32,258 nucleotides of DNA from sequence record SRR16203515_1898, one strand, 5' to 3'. The notes under the pieces are model-generated. The model did not search any database. It saw only the letters and a list, made by a program, of their open reading frames with translations, and was not told the origin of the DNA. Numbering within the stretch: position 1 is the first letter of the stretch; each line of letters begins with the position of its first letter. The translations under genes and the position numbers were made by a program. Below are positions 27,176 through 32,258 of the stretch, one piece after another.

Positions 27176-27811
27176 ATGAAAAATATTTCTATGGTGGCAA
27201 AAGCTGTTGGCTTAGCATTAGTTATGGTTGCATCTGCGCCAGTTATGGCTGCTGAAACAGAGAATGCTACAGCTTCTGTTACTGTTAAAAATGCTTTTGA
27301 AATGGTTGTGGCTAAGCCATTAAACTTTGGTGAGATAACCGCAGTAGTCGATTTAACTGAAAGTGCAGGTGTTAGTGCCAGTATTACAATGTCGCCAAAC
27401 CCAACTGAGCAGGCAACAGTGGTTAACGGCGCTTTGAATGCGGCAACCATTAGATCATTAGTACCAGGTGAGCCAGGTGAAGTTACTGTTGCTGGTGTTG
27501 CACCATATTCAGAGTTAAGCGTGACTTTACCTGAAGCGGACGATAAGACTAACGTTGTTGCGCCTTCTGCACCTCCAGGATCACCTAAGTTTGTGTTAAG
27601 CGCTATTACTGCATACATCACATCAGGCGATCATGATGGCACACCTTATGCTGACGATAATAAGTTGACTGCAGATGGTCAAGGAAATGCAAGTTTTAAC
27701 TTTGGTGGTACGTTAACGACTGATGTGAATGTCGCTGGCACCAACGTAGTTGATAGACAATATCAAGATGGTGAGTTTACCGGCACTTTTCCAATTACTG
27801 TTAGCTACTAA
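27176..27811 (+). CDS. DUF4402-type putative major fimbrial subunit
   Basis: GGAG RBS, signal peptide, ATASVTV N-terminal strand, PLNFG, FNFGGTL, C-terminal GEFTGTFPITVSY; no Cys. Confidence 0.8.
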   Translation: MKNISMVAKAVGLALVMVASAPVMAAETENATASVTVKNAFEMVVAKPLNFGEITAVVDLTESAGVSASITMSPNPTEQATVVNGALNAATIRSLVPGEPGEVTVAGVAPYSELSVTLPEADDKTNVVAPSAPPGSPKFVLSAITAYITSGDHDGTPYADDNKLTADGQGNASFNFGGTLTTDVNVAGTNVVDRQYQDGEFTGTFPITVSY

Positions 27812-27825
27812 GTAAAAATAGACTT

Positions 27826-27853
27826 AGGTGGCGAAACATATGTTTAGCCACCT
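27826..27853 (+). other. Stem-loop between the two pilin-like genes
   Basis: AGGTGGCGAAACATATGTTTAGCCACCT, a near-perfect inverted repeat with one mismatch. Confidence 0.7.
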
Positions 27854-27870
27854 TATATATAAGGCTAGCT

Positions 27871-28320
27871 TTGAAATCTATTTTATTTTTGGTTTTAACA
27901 ACGGTCATTTTTGACGTAAGTGCAGATGTGTATTTTGAACAACCGCTGTCGTTTGGCACCATAGTGATACGTGATAACAGCATTCAAAGTAGTGTGGTAG
28001 TGCCTACCTTTGGCTATAGCACTTCTTCAGGACAGCTGTTGATCATTAAGCCCGGACAAGCAGCTGAAATGGTCATTACTGACTATCCACCTTATGTCGA
28101 TCTTTCAATTACTCCCATGTTGCCTGTTATAACGACTGTTGCATCAGGAGATACTGAACAATTCACCTTAAGTGAGATCTATATTGAGCAGAATATTCGT
28201 ACAGACAGTGCAGGTATGGCTATCGCTCAAATGGGTGGCAAGCTGATGACCTCAGGTAATGGTAAGCATTATCTGAATACTTCCTACCAAGCCGTTTTTT
28301 ATTTAGATATTAGTTATTAG
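27871..28320 (+). CDS. DUF4402-type putative minor fimbrial subunit
   Basis: TTG start, signal peptide, PLSFG, QMGGKL, C-terminal YQAVFYLDISY. Confidence 0.75.
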   Translation: MKSILFLVLTTVIFDVSADVYFEQPLSFGTIVIRDNSIQSSVVVPTFGYSTSSGQLLIIKPGQAAEMVITDYPPYVDLSITPMLPVITTVASGDTEQFTLSEIYIEQNIRTDSAGMAIAQMGGKLMTSGNGKHYLNTSYQAVFYLDISY

Positions 28321-28414
28321 TTCAGTCAACAACTACAGAGTAACTCTGTAATTTTATAGGGCCTAGACCCCATCACTAGAGTGAATTATATTCCATTTGT
28401 TTTGAGTATTTTCT

Positions 28415-29254
28415 ATGTTTAAGCGCTTATTAAAAGCTACTTTTTTTGTGTCAATATGCTTATTTTCATTTATCAATTCAGCTCAGGCTAGCTTATTGGT
28501 GTCTCCTATCCGGGTTGCTTTTGAGGGACGCGAAAGATCCCATGAGATTGTACTTATAAACAGCAGCTCTGAAGTCAAAACATACCGTCTTGCGTGGCAA
28601 GAAAAGTTAGCTTTACCAAGTGGTGGATACAAAGACTTAACTGCAGAAGAAGCGGTTGGTTATCCATCAGCTAGCAAAATGCTGCGTTTTAGTCCGAGGC
28701 AGGTGACTTTGAAACCTAATGAGCGTCAGATTGTTAGGTTGGGTCTAAGGCGCCCTAAAGATCTTGCAGATGGAGAGTATCGCTCGCATTTAAAGTTAGA
28801 AGCGTTACCGCCTAAACGTGCTAAAAAGCCAGATGGTGAAATGTCGATTAATTTGGACGTTTTGTTAAGTTACAGCCTGCCAGTAATCGTTAGGCAAGGA
28901 AAAGCTAACCCTAAAGTTGAGATTTCGTCAAAGGAGCTCCGCTTTGATCAGCAGAGTGGCAAAACTCTGCTAAATGTTAATTTAACTCGAACTGGTGAAT
29001 ATTCTACTGCCGGGAATTTAGTTGCGTATTGGCTAGGTGAACAAGGAACTGAGCAAGTTGTTGCGCGCTTAAATAACGTCAATATATATCCAGAGGTTAG
29101 TCAAGCTGTTAAGTCTATGGCTTGGATTGCAAAGGATTTCACCCCGTCTAATGGTCAGCTGCGTATTGTTTATGAAGGGCAGCAAGAATTTAACGGGCAA
29201 GTTTTTGCAGAGAAAGAGTTTGCTGTAACCGCAGAAGCATTCACTAACAACTAG
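28415..29254 (+). CDS. Periplasmic fimbrial chaperone (PapD/EcpB-like)
   Basis: Signal peptide, LLVSPIRV, LRFSPRQVTLKPNERQIVRL, LADGEYRSHL, YSLPVIVRQG. Confidence 0.87.
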   Translation: MFKRLLKATFFVSICLFSFINSAQASLLVSPIRVAFEGRERSHEIVLINSSSEVKTYRLAWQEKLALPSGGYKDLTAEEAVGYPSASKMLRFSPRQVTLKPNERQIVRLGLRRPKDLADGEYRSHLKLEALPPKRAKKPDGEMSINLDVLLSYSLPVIVRQGKANPKVEISSKELRFDQQSGKTLLNVNLTRTGEYSTAGNLVAYWLGEQGTEQVVARLNNVNIYPEVSQAVKSMAWIAKDFTPSNGQLRIVYEGQQEFNGQVFAEKEFAVTAEAFTNN

Positions 29255-29323
29255 CTATTTTGGTGGTGGATGTTGACCGGAGTTGGTGAATACTTTGCTG
29301 TTATTCGAATTTAAGGGAAAGTA

Positions 29324-32258
29324 GTGCGCTATCGCCTAAGTTACGCATTACTTTTATCTCTGCTTCTCAGCTATGCAGGCTCCGCAAGTGCGCAGCCTGC
29401 TTTTATTGCTTTTATATCGTCTCAACAGACCTTACCTGTAATTATTAAATCAGAGCAAAACGTTCAGCTTGCCAGTTTAAATAATGCCGACGTTGCGCGC
29501 ACTTTAGCGAGGCTGAAGCAAAGTTACAGCTTGTCACTGCAGGAGCTACAATCCCAAGCTGCAGTTTTAGCATCTACAACTGATGACGCTAGTGTAAACA
29601 TAGAACTCTCCGGCGAGCAGTTGGGGATTCCCGAAGGGGAGGAGTTACTGCTATCTCTTTATGTCGATAATCATTATTTGTCAGATGTGTTTGCTATCAA
29701 AAGTAAGCAAAATGCGCAATTTAGTTTAATTGGGCTATTTGAGTTAATTGATTTTCCAATTGAAGGCGACTTTGACAATCGCATGGTTAAAGGCTGGTAT
29801 TTAGATGAGACTCGTCAATTTTTAATGCGCCTACCTGAAGCGGGAGAGGAAGTGGTTAATGTCTCGGTTAACCAGCAGGATTTCGAATTAGAACCTAGTC
29901 ATTACACCCTTATGGCTGATGATATTTATATTGCCGGCGATGAGATTGAACAGTGGTTTGGTATCACTTTTGACTATAGTTTTTCAGATTTAAAGGTAGA
30001 AATTAGCAGCTCCTCGCCGTTACCTGTACAACAAAGGTTAGCGCGAAAAAACCGTCAACTAAATCAAACTGTAAGTCGCAATAGAGAGGCTGTGTTGCCT
30101 TGGAAAGAATCTAATTATCAAGCGATATCCTCTCCTTTAGTCGATGTGCAGGTTAACGCTGCAGTGACAGAACACAACAATTATCAAAGTTACTCGATAA
30201 TTGGCGGTCATGATTTCGCATTCTTAAGTAGTGAGTTCTATGCCAGCGGCAATAGTAATGATGCATTGACGGACTTACGTTTAACCTTATCAAAAGAATC
30301 GGCAGCGGGGGACTTACTAGGCCCATTAAAGGCGACAGAATTTAGACTAGGTGATATTACTCCTGTGAGCGTCGGAGTTGATGGCACGCTCGGTCAAAGT
30401 CGCGGTGCTTCAATAACGAATGATAAAACAGGTGTATCGGCCAACAATAGAACCATCAATCTCAGTGGTGATATTCAACCTGGCTGGGATATAGAGCTAT
30501 ATCAAAACGGTTTACTGATCAGGCAGGCGCTTAGTTTGCAAAATGGTCGCTATGAGTTTAACGACATCGAATTGCTGTATGGAGATAACCAATTTGAGAT
30601 GATCGCTTATGGCCCGCAAGGACAGGTTAAAACCGAAACTAAACAAGTTTATGTTGATAGTAATAAGCTCAAAGCTAACGAGAGCAGCTATAGTGTTTCG
30701 CTTGCTGAAATTGGTAAAGGTTTATCGGGTATCTCTAGTACACCTGATGATAATGAAACGGGTTGGGTGCTAAGCTCGACCTATGAGCGCGGTTTAACTG
30801 ATTGGGCATCGATTAATTTAGGCGTTCAAGAGCAGTTATCAGAGCAGGGCACTTCTGTCGATACTTATGCCATTGGTGGTAATTTTAATCTGTTTGAACG
30901 TTTTCTTATTGATGCTGATTATCAAATTAAAGGCCATCAAGACAGCACATTTGCTGTTTCAGGGCGAACCCAAATCGGTGACCAATCCTTAAGCTTGCGT
31001 TATCAGGTATCAGAAAAGACCTTAGAAAGTTTAAGTCAGCAACAACATACAGAATATAATTTTGACCACAGTGGATATATTTTTCAAGGCTCTCCCTATC
31101 GTTTAAATTATCGAAATCATTGGCGACAAACTCAAACGAGTAATGGCGCAAAGCACGACGAGTTTGGCAATTTGCTCGCGATAAGTACTGGTTGGGCAAA
31201 CATTAATAACCAATTAACTTGGTATACGGGCCACTCTTCTAATGACGCAGCTTTAGATGACTCGCTTACAGGGCAATTACAGCTACAAAAGAGTTTTGGT
31301 TGGGCTTTTAGCAGGGTGAAACTAGATTATTTTATTCAGCCAGAAGCTGAAATTTCTCGCTTTTCTACCGAGCTATCCATTCCAATTAATACTCACCTAC
31401 AGTCTGAACTTGAGCTTGATTACTACCCTATAACTGACCTGTTAAGTAGCAGTGCTAGCTTAAGCTGGCAGCATAATGCATTTAGTCTTAATTCTACTGT
31501 TTCTTATGATAATACTGGCGACTGGTCATTAGGTTTGTATGGCCGCTTTAGCTTTGGTTATGAGCCGCAAACAGAGCAAGTGTTTATGTCATCGCGTAGC
31601 TTATCTGGTGCGGGAGCCTTAATGGTGCGAGTGTTTGAGGATGACAACCTTAATGGACGGTTTGATGCTGGTGAGGCTGTAATTGAAGGTGCAAGAGTCA
31701 AAGGTGTGCAACAGTACCGCTATGGCACGAGTAATCAAGATGGCGTGGCGATGTTAACCTCAATGTCTAGCCAGAAGAAAACTGATATTGTGCTTGACCA
31801 AAAAAGCTTAGGCGATCCTTTCTTAATTCCGTTTATTCCAGGGGTTTCAATCACGCCAAGACGAGGTCATATACAGACTTTAGATTTCCCTGTCGTTAAC
31901 GCCGCAGAAGTTGAAGGTACCGTGTATGTGCGTGAAGCCGATGGTAGCGAGTCTATTGCGCCTTATGTCACTGTAAACTTGGTTAATATTGCAGGTGATA
32001 TTGTTGCAACCACGGAAACAGAGTTTGATGGATATTATCTGTTTACTGATTTGATCCCGGGCGATTACCAGTTATCTATCGATGCAAACTACCTTGAACG
32101 TAAGAAGTTACGTGGTGAGTCACAAATGGCGATTACCTTGCAAAATAATGGCGATGTAATGAATGGTGCTGACTTTACGTTTGCAGAAATCATGATGACC
32201 AAAGGCTATGTAATGAACCTAGGTAAATTTAACTCACTGGCAATGCTCAAAACCTATT
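29324..32258 (+). CDS. Usher-like outer-membrane fimbrial assembly protein, >978 aa, truncated by the window end (not in the ORF track)
   Basis: GTG 29324 after AAGGGA, with an upstream in-frame TAA at 29312. The frame is open to the end of the window. Signal peptide MRYRLSYALLLSLLLSYAGSASA; GWDIELYQNG..YEFNDIELLYGDNQFEMIAYGPQG; beta-strand region; VFEDDNLNGRFDAGE; TEFDGYYLFTDLIPGDY. Confidence 0.85.
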   Translation, partial: MRYRLSYALLLSLLLSYAGSASAQPAFIAFISSQQTLPVIIKSEQNVQLASLNNADVARTLARLKQSYSLSLQELQSQAAVLASTTDDASVNIELSGEQLGIPEGEELLLSLYVDNHYLSDVFAIKSKQNAQFSLIGLFELIDFPIEGDFDNRMVKGWYLDETRQFLMRLPEAGEEVVNVSVNQQDFELEPSHYTLMADDIYIAGDEIEQWFGITFDYSFSDLKVEISSSSPLPVQQRLARKNRQLNQTVSRNREAVLPWKESNYQAISSPLVDVQVNAAVTEHNNYQSYSIIGGHDFAFLSSEFYASGNSNDALTDLRLTLSKESAAGDLLGPLKATEFRLGDITPVSVGVDGTLGQSRGASITNDKTGVSANNRTINLSGDIQPGWDIELYQNGLLIRQALSLQNGRYEFNDIELLYGDNQFEMIAYGPQGQVKTETKQVYVDSNKLKANESSYSVSLAEIGKGLSGISSTPDDNETGWVLSSTYERGLTDWASINLGVQEQLSEQGTSVDTYAIGGNFNLFERFLIDADYQIKGHQDSTFAVSGRTQIGDQSLSLRYQVSEKTLESLSQQQHTEYNFDHSGYIFQGSPYRLNYRNHWRQTQTSNGAKHDEFGNLLAISTGWANINNQLTWYTGHSSNDAALDDSLTGQLQLQKSFGWAFSRVKLDYFIQPEAEISRFSTELSIPINTHLQSELELDYYPITDLLSSSASLSWQHNAFSLNSTVSYDNTGDWSLGLYGRFSFGYEPQTEQVFMSSRSLSGAGALMVRVFEDDNLNGRFDAGEAVIEGARVKGVQQYRYGTSNQDGVAMLTSMSSQKKTDIVLDQKSLGDPFLIPFIPGVSITPRRGHIQTLDFPVVNAAEVEGTVYVREADGSESIAPYVTVNLVNIAGDIVATTETEFDGYYLFTDLIPGDYQLSIDANYLERKKLRGESQMAITLQNNGDVMNGADFTFAEIMMTKGYVMNLGKFNSLAMLKTY

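Noticed and set aside
29255-32258. Apparent 3-kb non-coding region or pseudogene (empty in the ORF track)
   Set aside because: Manual translation shows one uninterrupted frame from GTG 29324; it was most likely omitted because its stop codon is outside the window.
1-32258. CRISPR arrays, IS elements, prophage or anti-phage defence genes
   Set aside because: No regularly spaced repeats, transposase, integrase, phage or defence-type ORFs were recognised.

Overview
Chromosomal window from a marine Gammaproteobacterium; gene order and protein sequences look like Shewanella. The conserved backbone runs: tRNA 3' end, site-2 protease, DUF342 protein, rsmC, alkaline phosphatase, gshB, rsmE, endA, sprT, C15-like peptidase, then lysR, a single-chain biotin-dependent carboxylase, a PAS-GGDEF protein, a second lysR and a Trp-rich protein. 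Two accessory surface-fibre systems sit in this backbone. (1) A Fap functional-amyloid operon (fapBCDEF, no fapA, 12370-16984) lies between the C15 peptidase and lysR, the slot that in many Shewanella holds the chromosomal blaOXA gene. It is preceded by a VpsR-family enhancer-binding protein that keeps GAFTGA, two TCTCA-N4-TGAGA boxes and a sigma54 promoter. (2) An AT-rich chaperone-usher-like cluster (26246 to window end) encodes a SPOR protein, two DUF4402-type pilins, a chaperone and a >978-aa usher-like ORF missing from the ORF track that appears to run into a SPOR domain. A near-consensus sigma28 promoter precedes the major pilin. endA carries an EWEH->EWKH active-site change, and an unannotated 46-aa ORF lies divergent from the second LysR. 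All assignments come from reading motifs by eye; no database searches were run.
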